This document shows positions 46,696 through 55,027 of a stretch of 64,000 nt of DNA, piece after piece (within the stretch, counting starts at the first letter, position 1; every line of letters begins with the position of its first letter). The position numbers and the translations under genes are program-made. The stretch lies in the IMG/VR virus record IMGVR_UViG_3300032242_000723, positions 62,001 through 126,000 of that record; one strand, written 5' to 3'. The notes beneath the pieces are model-generated. The model had not been told where the DNA came from, did no database searches, and saw only the letters and a list, made by a program, of their open reading frames with translations.

Positions 46696-48600
46696 ATGGC
46701 GATAAGTAACAAACCACAACAAGTAGGACTATCAGACCCTCACTTAGTTAGACAAGAGAATAATAAACTTGCACAAGATGCACTTATCGCTAAGGGCAAG
46801 CCAACCATAATTGGTGAAACGGCTGTTCTTCCTAGCACAACTGTATCAGCGACTCCGACCTCAGTTACTGCTACAACAAGTGCTAATAATCAAGTAGCAG
46901 ATACTACGACCGTATATCAAACGAATGGTGCCGTGTATGTCAGCACGATCAATGAGACCATACAACAAGTTACTAATAAGAACATCGTAAATCAGATTGG
47001 CGTAACCAATATCGTTGCAGGTACTAACGTTACTATCACTTCAACTGATGGTAATGGTGCTGGAACTGTTACTATCAATGCAACTGCCCCAACTCTTGGC
47101 AACATCTCAGTCATCAACTTAGACGGTAATGGTTCTAATGTTCTACATGGTAACGGGTATTGGAGTCCAGACCTAACTACATATAGCAACAGCAATGTAG
47201 TCTCATTGATGGCAGCGTTCGGTTCAAACACAATCGTTACTACTGGTAATGCAAATGTTGGCAATCTCATATCAACTGGTGTAGTAAAAGTATCAGGTGC
47301 ATCGGCTTATTTTGACGCAGGTGTTGGTTATATTCAAAACGGTGGCATGGGAGAATTTCAACTTAGTACTGCTGGTGCGACTCAACCACTTCAAATCAGC
47401 ACTAATAGTGCAAGCAAGAACTGGTTCTTCTATGCTAATGGTAAAATGACTGCACCAGGCAACATCGCTGCTAGTTATTTTATCGGCAACGGTAGTCAAC
47501 TAACTAGTTTACCGGCTCCAACGGTGGCACAAGATATTACCACTACTGGTGATATGAGTATAATGACCTATGATGGTAATCTAAAATATGTATCCTATGC
47601 TACAGTTGAACCCTCTTCAGGTAATCTAAAAGCCGGAAACATCAGTACCAATGGCAATATCACCGGTGGTAACTTGATGGGTCCTCTTGCAAATGGCAAC
47701 TCAAATGTTCGCATTGCTACAGCAAATGGAAATGTAACAATAACCGCAGTTGGTAATACGACTATGACTATTTCTGGTACTGGGGCGAACATCACTGGTA
47801 CAGCGAATGTCACAGGTAATGCGAATGTCGGTAACTTGGGTACTGCAACAGCGATCATCACAACTGGTAACATCACTACCATCAACAGCGGATTGCTACA
47901 AAACGGTACATCAAATGTAACGATCACGTCGGGTGCTAACATCTCTACCTTTATCGGTGGTAACGCGACTGCACAATTTATCGTAACAGCAACTGGTGCA
48001 AATATCGCAGGCTATGCTAACATAGTTGGTAACGTCACTGTTAGTAACTTAATAGGTCCTCATGCAAATGGTAACTCAAACGTTAATATTCCCGCTGCAA
48101 ACGGCAACGTTAATATTTCTGCTGTAGGTAATGCGAACATACTGGTCGTCACTGGAACTGGCGCCAACATCACTGGTACCGCAAACGTTTCTGGCAATGC
48201 TAACGTGGGTAACATCGGTGCTTTTAACGGTGTGTTCAGTAACAACATTTCAGGTAATACGAACGGATTTGCTATCGGTTACTTGAACATCCCACAAGTT
48301 GCTGCAAGTAATACTACAATCGCATTGACTGATGCTGGTAAACATTACTATTCTACTACCGCAGGTAACTTTACATTGACTATTCCGGCTAATGCAACTA
48401 CATCATTCGCTACTGGTACAGCAATCAGTATCGTTGTTCAAGCGGCGGGCAATATTCTCGTCAATGCAGCAGTTGGGGTAACATTATATATGGCAGGTAA
48501 CAGTACAGCAGCAAATAGAGCAGTTGGTACTTATGGCATGGCAACGGTGATGAAGGTTGCGACTGATACTTGGTTCATCAACGGTACGGGAGTCTCTTAA
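46696..48600 (+). CDS. tail-fibre-like structural protein with GNANVGN repeats
   Basis: Duplicated GP.ANGNSNV.I..ANGNV.I.AVGN...GTGANITGTANV.GNANVGN blocks. Confidence 0.65.
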   Translation: MAISNKPQQVGLSDPHLVRQENNKLAQDALIAKGKPTIIGETAVLPSTTVSATPTSVTATTSANNQVADTTTVYQTNGAVYVSTINETIQQVTNKNIVNQIGVTNIVAGTNVTITSTDGNGAGTVTINATAPTLGNISVINLDGNGSNVLHGNGYWSPDLTTYSNSNVVSLMAAFGSNTIVTTGNANVGNLISTGVVKVSGASAYFDAGVGYIQNGGMGEFQLSTAGATQPLQISTNSASKNWFFYANGKMTAPGNIAASYFIGNGSQLTSLPAPTVAQDITTTGDMSIMTYDGNLKYVSYATVEPSSGNLKAGNISTNGNITGGNLMGPLANGNSNVRIATANGNVTITAVGNTTMTISGTGANITGTANVTGNANVGNLGTATAIITTGNITTINSGLLQNGTSNVTITSGANISTFIGGNATAQFIVTATGANIAGYANIVGNVTVSNLIGPHANGNSNVNIPAANGNVNISAVGNANILVVTGTGANITGTANVSGNANVGNIGAFNGVFSNNISGNTNGFAIGYLNIPQVAASNTTIALTDAGKHYYSTTAGNFTLTIPANATTSFATGTAISIVVQAAGNILVNAAVGVTLYMAGNSTAANRAVGTYGMATVMKVATDTWFINGTGVS

Positions 48601-48601
48601 T

Positions 48602-49303
48602 ATGGCTGGAATAATGCAGGCAAATATCGGCAGTTGGAAAACTGCCGTTGCATCTGGTCCGACATTGGTATACGATTTAGATGCGGCTAACTATTCAGCA
48701 GTGCCTACTAACGCATCAATAGTGGCTGGCACAGGGGCATATCCTATAACTGTAGCGAATGCTGGTAGCAGTGTTGGTTGGTCAGCAACAAATGGTGGAA
48801 TCTTTACCAAATCCAATGCAACTGGCACGGACACTATGTACGGTGGACCCAACTATGTCACTGGACAAAGTTACTCAGTCTTTATGGCATATCAGTTGAC
48901 AGCAACATCAGCAGGCAGATTGTTAAACACGCAAAGTGAAGCTAGCAAAGACTGGTTAATGGGTGCTTATAATGGTTTTGTAAACACATTCTACCCAAAC
49001 GTTGCAGTTAACTTACCTTCATCAGGTGCTGATACGGTATGGCATTTTAACTGGGCAACATGGAATACTTCTACTAGCACCGGACAACTGTGGGGAGCAA
49101 CTAATACACAACCAACTAACTATCTGTTCACTGCAACGAACGGCGGTGGCGGTGGTTTCAATCAGTTGAGAATGTGGAGTCGTGCAGCAGCAACTGAAGT
49201 TCAAACTGCCAACATAGGATTCATTAAGGTCTATAACGGTGTACTAGGCTTGAGCGATATACAATCACAATACGCAGCATACAAAACAAGATTTGGATAC
49301 TAA
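48602..49303 (+). CDS. LamG/concanavalin-like beta-sandwich tail-associated protein
   Basis: LVYDLDAANY, WHF..ATW, IGFIKVYN.VL...DIQSQY. Confidence 0.65.
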   Translation: MAGIMQANIGSWKTAVASGPTLVYDLDAANYSAVPTNASIVAGTGAYPITVANAGSSVGWSATNGGIFTKSNATGTDTMYGGPNYVTGQSYSVFMAYQLTATSAGRLLNTQSEASKDWLMGAYNGFVNTFYPNVAVNLPSSGADTVWHFNWATWNTSTSTGQLWGATNTQPTNYLFTATNGGGGGFNQLRMWSRAAATEVQTANIGFIKVYNGVLGLSDIQSQYAAYKTRFGY

Positions 49304-49304
49304 T

Positions 49305-50135
49305 ATGGTCAAGAATGTTATTGACGAATCACAAGATCCGGGTGTCAGTAGAATCCCAGTTGTTCAAAAGGTAACCCCTGTTAATTCCAGAACACCGTTA
49401 TTCAACTGGTTACCTGATAAGATTGACAAGAGAGATTACATATATCAGCCAAATCAGGTTAGACTTCCAAGCGTAGTTGATCTTAGATCATATTGCACAC
49501 CTATTGAAGATCAAGGTGCTTTAGGTAGTTGTACTGGCCAAGCGATTGCTGGTGCTATTGAGATGCTAAACAAGCGTAACAATAAGCCTACGGATGTTAG
49601 CCGATTGTTCATCTACTATTATGAAAGATTGATTGAAGGCACAGTAAACTACGATAGCGGTGCATATATCCGTGACGGCATCAAAGCGTGTTACACATAT
49701 GGTGCACCACTTGAAACACTATGGCCACACGACATAGGGAAGTTCAGGACGAGACCTTCGGAATCTGCTAACATAGATGCAGCCCAACGCAAAGTAACGC
49801 TGTACGAACGTGCTACAGACTTTGACGCATGTATCAATGCACTATCAAACGGTTATTCGGTTGTAGTTGGATTTACCGTATACAGTAGCTTTATGACACC
49901 TATCCTATATAAATCTGGTATCATGCCGTATCCTAATACCAGAAAAGAGAAGATATTAGGGGGTCACGCTGTTTTACTAGTAGGATATGATAGTTTGGCA
50001 CAAAGATTTATTGCACGAAATAGTTGGGGCACTAGCTGGGGTGCGAACGGATATTTCTATATGCCATATGATGTCATTAAAAATACCAACATGAGTGCAG
50101 ATTTTTGGGTTATCAAATCGGTAAACAATCCATAA
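49305..50135 (+). CDS. papain-family (C1) cysteine peptidase
   Basis: DQGALGSCTG (Gln/Cys), GGHAVLLVGY (His), RNSWG..WG (Asn). Confidence 0.9.
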   Translation: MVKNVIDESQDPGVSRIPVVQKVTPVNSRTPLFNWLPDKIDKRDYIYQPNQVRLPSVVDLRSYCTPIEDQGALGSCTGQAIAGAIEMLNKRNNKPTDVSRLFIYYYERLIEGTVNYDSGAYIRDGIKACYTYGAPLETLWPHDIGKFRTRPSESANIDAAQRKVTLYERATDFDACINALSNGYSVVVGFTVYSSFMTPILYKSGIMPYPNTRKEKILGGHAVLLVGYDSLAQRFIARNSWGTSWGANGYFYMPYDVIKNTNMSADFWVIKSVNNP

Positions 50136-50138
50136 AGG

Positions 50139-50160
50139 AATAGCCCCTTTCGGGGCTATT
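50139..50160. terminator. terminator hairpin between convergent genes
   Basis: AATAGCCCC-TTTC-GGGGCTATT. Confidence 0.75.
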
Positions 50161-50166
50161 ACCCTA

Positions 50167-50535
50167 CTAGGAGTTGATCGTATCTAGAATGTCTTCAACC
50201 GTAACGTTTTTGCGAGGACGTGACGCGATATCAGTTAGTGATGGGGTATTCTTGACCTTCACAGTGTCTTTACCCTTACCGAACTCAATGATCTTGTCTT
50301 CAAGAGTGTCAGTGATCGTTGCTTGATCGTTGGCTGACTTAAACTCATTTAATGTGAGCATATACTTGAGTGCTTCAATCTTATCCATCTCGTGAGGAAG
50401 TTCTACGAAATCGATACGAGAAGCTCCGCCCTTAGCAAACTGCTTTACTCTACGACACATATCGTCAGTAAAGCGAATCTTATCATTACCGTTATGTGTC
50501 GTAATACCAACGACCTTAAAAGTCTGAGTAGTCAT
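50167..50535 (-). CDS. hypothetical phage protein
   Basis: FKVVGIT...KIRF..D; start 50535 preferred. Confidence 0.65.
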   Translation of the reverse strand: MTTQTFKVVGITTHNGNDKIRFTDDMCRRVKQFAKGGASRIDFVELPHEMDKIEALKYMLTLNEFKSANDQATITDTLEDKIIEFGKGKDTVKVKNTPSLTDIASRPRKNVTVEDILDTINS

Positions 50536-50636
50536 TATATAATTATATCCTAATATATTGAAGATTGTGCGACATTGCACTTTACTAATATAGAGCAAAG
50601 GGTATATAAGTCAAATGCTTATATACCCAAAATGTT

Positions 50637-50804
50637 TTAGGGAATCCAGCCTGCGTTTTCAGAAATCAAACCAGAACCGTCTGAATTTTGAAAACCATAT
50701 TGTGCTCGTGCAATCTGATTAGCTGAATAAGCATCAGGTGCCTGAACAGTAACTCGGATAACGCCGCCCGAAGAAGTACGATACATAAACCACCAACTAC
50801 GCAT
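50637..50804 (-). CDS. 55-aa hypothetical protein (not in ORF track)
   Basis: AAGGAG RBS; MRSWWFMYRTSSGGVIRVTVQAPDAYSA. Confidence 0.55.
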   Translation of the reverse strand: MRSWWFMYRTSSGGVIRVTVQAPDAYSANQIARAQYGFQNSDGSGLISENAGWIP

Positions 50805-50928
50805 TTCTTTTTCTCCTTAAAATGCAAAGACTAGAACGGTGAGTAGGATTACCCAACCGATTAAATTACCCGTAAGCCAAAAGCCTACATTCTTACTATA
50901 AGCCCAATTCTTGATCTTGTCAAGCATA

Positions 50929-51279
50929 TTATGCCTCCAATGCATACGGGTTGTTCCACTTACCGATGTTGACATCAACATAGTAAGCAATGTCAAAATA
51001 ATCAATCTCGGAGCGAGTGTTGTTGTACCAGCCTGCACTCTTAAGAGCAGCAAATGCCTCAGTCAAAAACTCCTTCGCAACGCCTTCGTAGTGTTCATGA
51101 AACCAGTAGGGGTTCACTTGATCACGAGCAGTACCGAAATCGATCTTGCCGGACTTGAGGGTCAACACGATGCTTGAGTGATGACTGACTGACAGGGTTC
51201 CCTTAACACCGAACTTCTTGAGGACAGGCTTCAAGTTAGAAGCGATGATTGCCTTACGCTCTTGATTCATATAAGCCAT
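50929..51279 (-). CDS. hypothetical early protein
   Basis: Follows promoter cassette; MAYMNQERK..I...LK...KKFGVKGTLSV. Confidence 0.7.
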   Translation of the reverse strand: MAYMNQERKAIIASNLKPVLKKFGVKGTLSVSHHSSIVLTLKSGKIDFGTARDQVNPYWFHEHYEGVAKEFLTEAFAALKSAGWYNNTRSEIDYFDIAYYVDVNIGKWNNPYALEA

Positions 51280-51316
51280 CTGAGTAACTCCGTTTGTGTG
51301 TGTCTGTCTATGATTC

Positions 51317-51345
51317 AATATAGCGAAACGGGCAAACGAAGTCAA
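51317..51345 (-). promoter_or_regulatory. early promoter cassette
   Basis: TTGACT-17-TATATT then GAATCATAGACAGACACACACAAACGGAGTTACTCAGATG. Confidence 0.85.
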
Positions 51346-51607
51346 CCGAAATCGTGCCTATTTGTCATTTTTATTTGTGGCGATAAGGTACCATACGAAT
51401 CCAAGTACAGTAAGTGCTAAGATCGTAAATATGAAATCAATCGTCATTTAATAAGTCCTATCTCTCTATATCGGTTTTCTTCTTCAAGATCGTGATTAAT
51501 GTAGTTCATCTTCCAATCATATTGTTCTTGGGTGATTTCACCTGATACTAACTTAGCATCATAATCGTCCTTGATTTGAGTGTACCAAACTGGAAGTTGT
51601 TCCTCGT

Positions 51608-51865
51608 TCATAGTCCAACTCCAAAATGTTCTTTGATCAGGTCGCGGTCAAGCTTGGCCTGCATTTTTCTATCATCGTTCCAAGAACTCTTATACTGCTG
51701 TTGACAGATGTCTACACAGTCCTGGACGAGCAATCGTGCGAACTTTTCATAGTCAAACTCGTATGAGTCTGCGTAACTTAGCCTGCTATCTTTTGGCAGA
51801 GGTAAAAACCCCTTACCTGTTTGTTGCCAGCATCTATCAGCAAGTTCTTCAATACGCTTGTTCAT
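51608..51865 (-). CDS. HFGV-array small protein 3
   Basis: MNKRIEELA...EKFARLLVQDC...IKEHFGVGL. Confidence 0.7.
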   Translation of the reverse strand: MNKRIEELADRCWQQTGKGFLPLPKDSRLSYADSYEFDYEKFARLLVQDCVDICQQQYKSSWNDDRKMQAKLDRDLIKEHFGVGL

Positions 51866-52122
51866 AGTTTTACTCCGAAATGTTTTTGGATCGCCCAAGC
51901 TCTATTTTCACAGGCTTGATCCCAGTAACTACTATCCCAATGTTCAGCATTATTGATGCCAGCCTTGACAATATCAATACATTCCTTCGCGATCAACTCT
52001 GCGAACTTTTCGACATCTAACTTTTCATCAGCAACAAACAACTTGTTGGATTTACAGTAGTCGTCTGCTTGATCAGCAGGAACAATACATTTCCAGATCA
52101 GTTCTACCATACGCTCGTTCAT
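51862..52122 (-). CDS. HFGV-array small protein 2
   Basis: MNERMVEL...EKFAELIAKEC...IQKHFGVKL. Confidence 0.7.
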   Translation of the reverse strand: MNERMVELIWKCIVPADQADDYCKSNKLFVADEKLDVEKFAELIAKECIDIVKAGINNAEHWDSSYWDQACENRAWAIQKHFGVKL

Positions 52123-52355
52123 TATTCAACTCCGAAATGGCGTGTCATTCGTTCAGCGCACAACTCTGCTTGATTAGAAGACGAAAAGATATTTGTATTT
52201 TTGACATACTTGGCGCATTCTTTCACAATCAACTCTGCGAACAGTTCCAAATCCTTTTGCCCGACTACCATGGCATGTGGATCCTCTTCAGGACCATAGT
52301 CATATAAACACATCAAGCCAGCTTGTTCGGCAAGTTCTTTGATTTTGTCGTTCAT
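52122..52355 (-). CDS. HFGV-array small protein 1
   Basis: MNDKIKELA...ELFAELIVKEC...MTRHFGVE. Confidence 0.7.
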   Translation of the reverse strand: MNDKIKELAEQAGLMCLYDYGPEEDPHAMVVGQKDLELFAELIVKECAKYVKNTNIFSSSNQAELCAERMTRHFGVE

Positions 52356-52356
52356 A

Positions 52357-52853
52357 GGAAAAACCTCGTTTCAGAAACTATAACTTATGATGCCAATCGC
52401 ATAGTATGTAGAGCGGGCCTATTTTCGCGTACAAACTCACCGTTCTTATACCATACCAGACGACCATGAGCATAAACCAGAGCAGGACCGTCCTCACGGT
52501 GAAGCTTGCCGTTTACGAACCATCGCTGAGTTCCGTCTGCTAACTCAACTGCAGGGCCATCCTCGCGATGTTCTACGCCGTGATTGAACCACATTTTACC
52601 AACATTCTCTATCTCAACGGCGGGGCCATCTTCGCGATGGTACTGGTTATTGTCATCCCAATATTGATGTGTAATATTGCCCTTATACCCGATAGATCGA
52701 ATATATTTCGCGTTCGGATCAGGTGAACTGTCTGCGTAGTTATCAGTAACGATGGTCATCTTGATTTTCCATTTCACATAATGATTGTTTCAGAAAGTTC
52801 TTAAACCGTTGTTTGTTCACATGGAAAAACCTCGTTTCAGAAACTATAACTTA
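52357..52853. repeat. 31-bp direct repeat at 52357-52387 and 52823-52853
   Basis: GGAAAAACCTCGTTTCAGAAACTATAACTTA in both places. Confidence 0.85.
52385..52777 (-). CDS. protein with three HREDGPA repeats
   Basis: YHREDGPAVE, EHREDGPAVE, LHREDGPALV. Confidence 0.75.
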   Translation of the reverse strand: MKWKIKMTIVTDNYADSSPDPNAKYIRSIGYKGNITHQYWDDNNQYHREDGPAVEIENVGKMWFNHGVEHREDGPAVELADGTQRWFVNGKLHREDGPALVYAHGRLVWYKNGEFVRENRPALHTMRLAS

Positions 52854-52881
52854 ATATAGAACCGAAACGAGGCAAAGTCAA
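52853..52881 (-). promoter_or_regulatory. early sigma70-type promoter
   Basis: TTGACT-17-TATATT. Confidence 0.75.
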
Positions 52882-52894
52882 CCATTATTTTTTG

Positions 52895-53524
52895 TTATCT
52901 GTAGAAAATGTGGTCACCAATCTTAGCGAGCCGTGCTCTATTTTTCCACTTTGGACGTATTTGATATTCATGGAAATACAAAGCGTGTTCCATACCCTTT
53001 ACCCGTTTACCTTCTAGGACTTCACGAGCAATGTTCATACTTTCATCCCATTGTGAGTTGTTTGGATGTGACCAACGCTTGTTACGATCATTGGCCCACG
53101 AAAACTGATTGCGAGCAAAAACGACCGAACAAATGTCACCTGCAAACTTGGGACTTGTTGTACGATTAAGGGTAACTTGAGCAACTGCGATCTTACCAAC
53201 GCTGGACTGATTTGCCGCTTCATGGTAGATGTTCTTTGCTAAACAGAAAAGTTCTAGGTTAGTATGTGATATCTTTTCTGTAGTATTGACAACGGTTAGG
53301 AACCTTGCGTTATCATATGTGGTCTTAAGACTTTGTTGTAGTATTTGCTCAGGAGAGATTGTACGGACTTTTGGAAGAGGTACACTAAACTGAGCAACTG
53401 TAGTAATCTCTTCAGCACGGGACTGTGATGGAGAGTATTGCCAGAAGAGAAACACAAAGAGTACGGCAAATAACACTCTATATGGGTTGATTAGCGAACT
53501 AACCGAGTTCTGAGAAATATACAT
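52895..53524 (-). CDS. SleB-like cell wall hydrolase (Hydrolase_2)
   Basis: CLAKNIYHEA, AVAQVTLNR, ICSVV...QFSW, ALYFH, IGDHIFY; N-terminal TM. Confidence 0.88.
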   Translation of the reverse strand: MYISQNSVSSLINPYRVLFAVLFVFLFWQYSPSQSRAEEITTVAQFSVPLPKVRTISPEQILQQSLKTTYDNARFLTVVNTTEKISHTNLELFCLAKNIYHEAANQSSVGKIAVAQVTLNRTTSPKFAGDICSVVFARNQFSWANDRNKRWSHPNNSQWDESMNIAREVLEGKRVKGMEHALYFHEYQIRPKWKNRARLAKIGDHIFYR

Positions 53525-53794
53525 TTTATTTCCTTAATTGGGCCGCTGATCAATAGCATAAGGCGTAGTTATATGCATTTAGCAGTAGCACTTCCACTGA
53601 TATTCAATGAATGGGAAAACCGTATCTAGGATACGGTTCTTTGTGTCCCTCATATAGTATCATAGGCAAACAATCAACTGAAATATCAGTTAATCAAGCT
53701 ATTCATCAATTGAATTGACGTTTAGCCTTTTATGTCGGCTTTCTCACGACCGACACAATAGAGTATTTAGCAGTAGTTAGCCGCTAAAGAATAC

Positions 53795-54070
53795 TTAGTT
53801 TTCCCAGTCGGCAACTTCCAAATCAATGGAGCTAACTGAATCATATGAGATACTACGCCATGCCCTGATCTCAAGATCAAAGACGGCAATAGAAGTTTCA
53901 GACTTCTTCTTAGCAGGCTTATCTTCGTTCACTACCTGAGCAGGAAGCAAGTCTGGCTTAAGCGTACACTTCATCACTCGTTGAGTACCGTCCTTCTTTG
54001 TAAAGGTTACAGTTGCAACATTATTTTTAAGCAGTTCAGGAAGTAATGCTTGTGTCGTGAGTTCATCCAT
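53795..54070 (-). CDS. WYL-like / DUF2693-type small protein
   Basis: VTFTKKDGTQRVMKCTL...VFDLE..AWRS. Confidence 0.7.
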   Translation of the reverse strand: MDELTTQALLPELLKNNVATVTFTKKDGTQRVMKCTLKPDLLPAQVVNEDKPAKKKSETSIAVFDLEIRAWRSISYDSVSSIDLEVADWEN

Positions 54071-54608
54071 GATCAACGGCCTTTGCTAACTCAATCTCTT
54101 CAGCCAACTTAGGTAGTTCACGCTCTAATAGCTGACTGATGTATTGGTTAAACGTGATATCAAGTGCATGTGATTGCTTAGCGATGAACAGGATAAGATC
54201 ATCTGGAAGATCAATCTCTACCTGCACCCGCTTGTCAAAGTCAAACTTTCCGTCAAACATATTTCGTGCCTTAGACAAGAAATCATCTTCAACTTCAAGG
54301 TCAATCCATTCAATATCGTCAAACGCAGTCTTAGGATTGAAGCCACGCTTAACTGATTCTGCATCGTGTGCTTCTTTCCACTCAGGATTCATCCAGCGAT
54401 AAACCAATGCCGGGTCCGTTTCAGCACCAGGTGCAACATCAACCTTGACTTCATAAATAGTTTGATCAATATATGAATAAACGGCCGAAATCTCGGCATA
54501 TTCGCTTGAAAGCGTCATGCACCTAGCATCGGGATAACACTTCCACAAAAACTCGCAACCATCAGTGATACGATAATCAAAAGTCTTTAACAGTGTTTCT
54601 AACTTCAT
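54063..54608 (-). CDS. hypothetical phage protein
   Basis: AAGGAG RBS before ATG 54608; YRITDG.EF.W.CY. Confidence 0.65.
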   Translation of the reverse strand: MKLETLLKTFDYRITDGCEFLWKCYPDARCMTLSSEYAEISAVYSYIDQTIYEVKVDVAPGAETDPALVYRWMNPEWKEAHDAESVKRGFNPKTAFDDIEWIDLEVEDDFLSKARNMFDGKFDFDKRVQVEIDLPDDLILFIAKQSHALDITFNQYISQLLERELPKLAEEIELAKAVDHG

Positions 54609-54665
54609 CTTATTCTCCTTAGTGTTCATTGTATGTCATATCAGTGTGAATGTCAACTGAAAAGG

Positions 54666-54893
54666 TTACTTCTTCAATAGATACATTGTTACCTTTGGTC
54701 CGTCAACCTTGACAACATTCTTTGAGTAGTAGTTATTGTGGTAAGCCTTGCCTAAAGGGGTGACACCAATCAGTTTGTTGTGCATTCTTGTCACCGTACC
54801 TACATGCATATCTCTTCCAACAGAGAAGGCAACATAATCACCCATTTTAATCTGTGTACCAAGCAAATCGTGATGAACGGGTTCAGGCTTCAT
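54666..54893 (-). CDS. small SH3/KOW-like hypothetical protein
   Basis: AAGGAG RBS; DLLG..I..GDYVAF...GTV. Confidence 0.55.
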   Translation of the reverse strand: MKPEPVHHDLLGTQIKMGDYVAFSVGRDMHVGTVTRMHNKLIGVTPLGKAYHNNYYSKNVVKVDGPKVTMYLLKK

Positions 54894-54956
54894 GTTATTC
54901 TCCTTGTGATCATTAGACTCATCCTACACTAGTTAGGTGAAGATGTCAAACAAAAA

Positions 54957-55027
54957 GATAAATAAAAGTGTAGTTCGCGGAGGTGAGATTCCCAACTACT
55001 CTAACGCTTATAAGGAGCAATCAGCAA
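54957..55027 (+). promoter_or_regulatory. conserved endonuclease leader copy 4
   Basis: GATAAATAAAAGTGTAGTTCGCGGAGGTGAGATTCCCAACTACTCTAACGCTTATAAGGAGCAATCAGCAAATG. Confidence 0.8.

Noticed and set aside
44136-48600. Diversity-generating retroelement acting on fibre genes
   Set aside because: Internal repeats differ at all base types, not only adenines, and no reverse transcriptase is in the window.
53525-53775. c-di-GMP or c-di-AMP riboswitch before the hydrolase
   Set aside because: Core consensus sequences of those riboswitches could not be matched; kept only as a generic structured-leader candidate.
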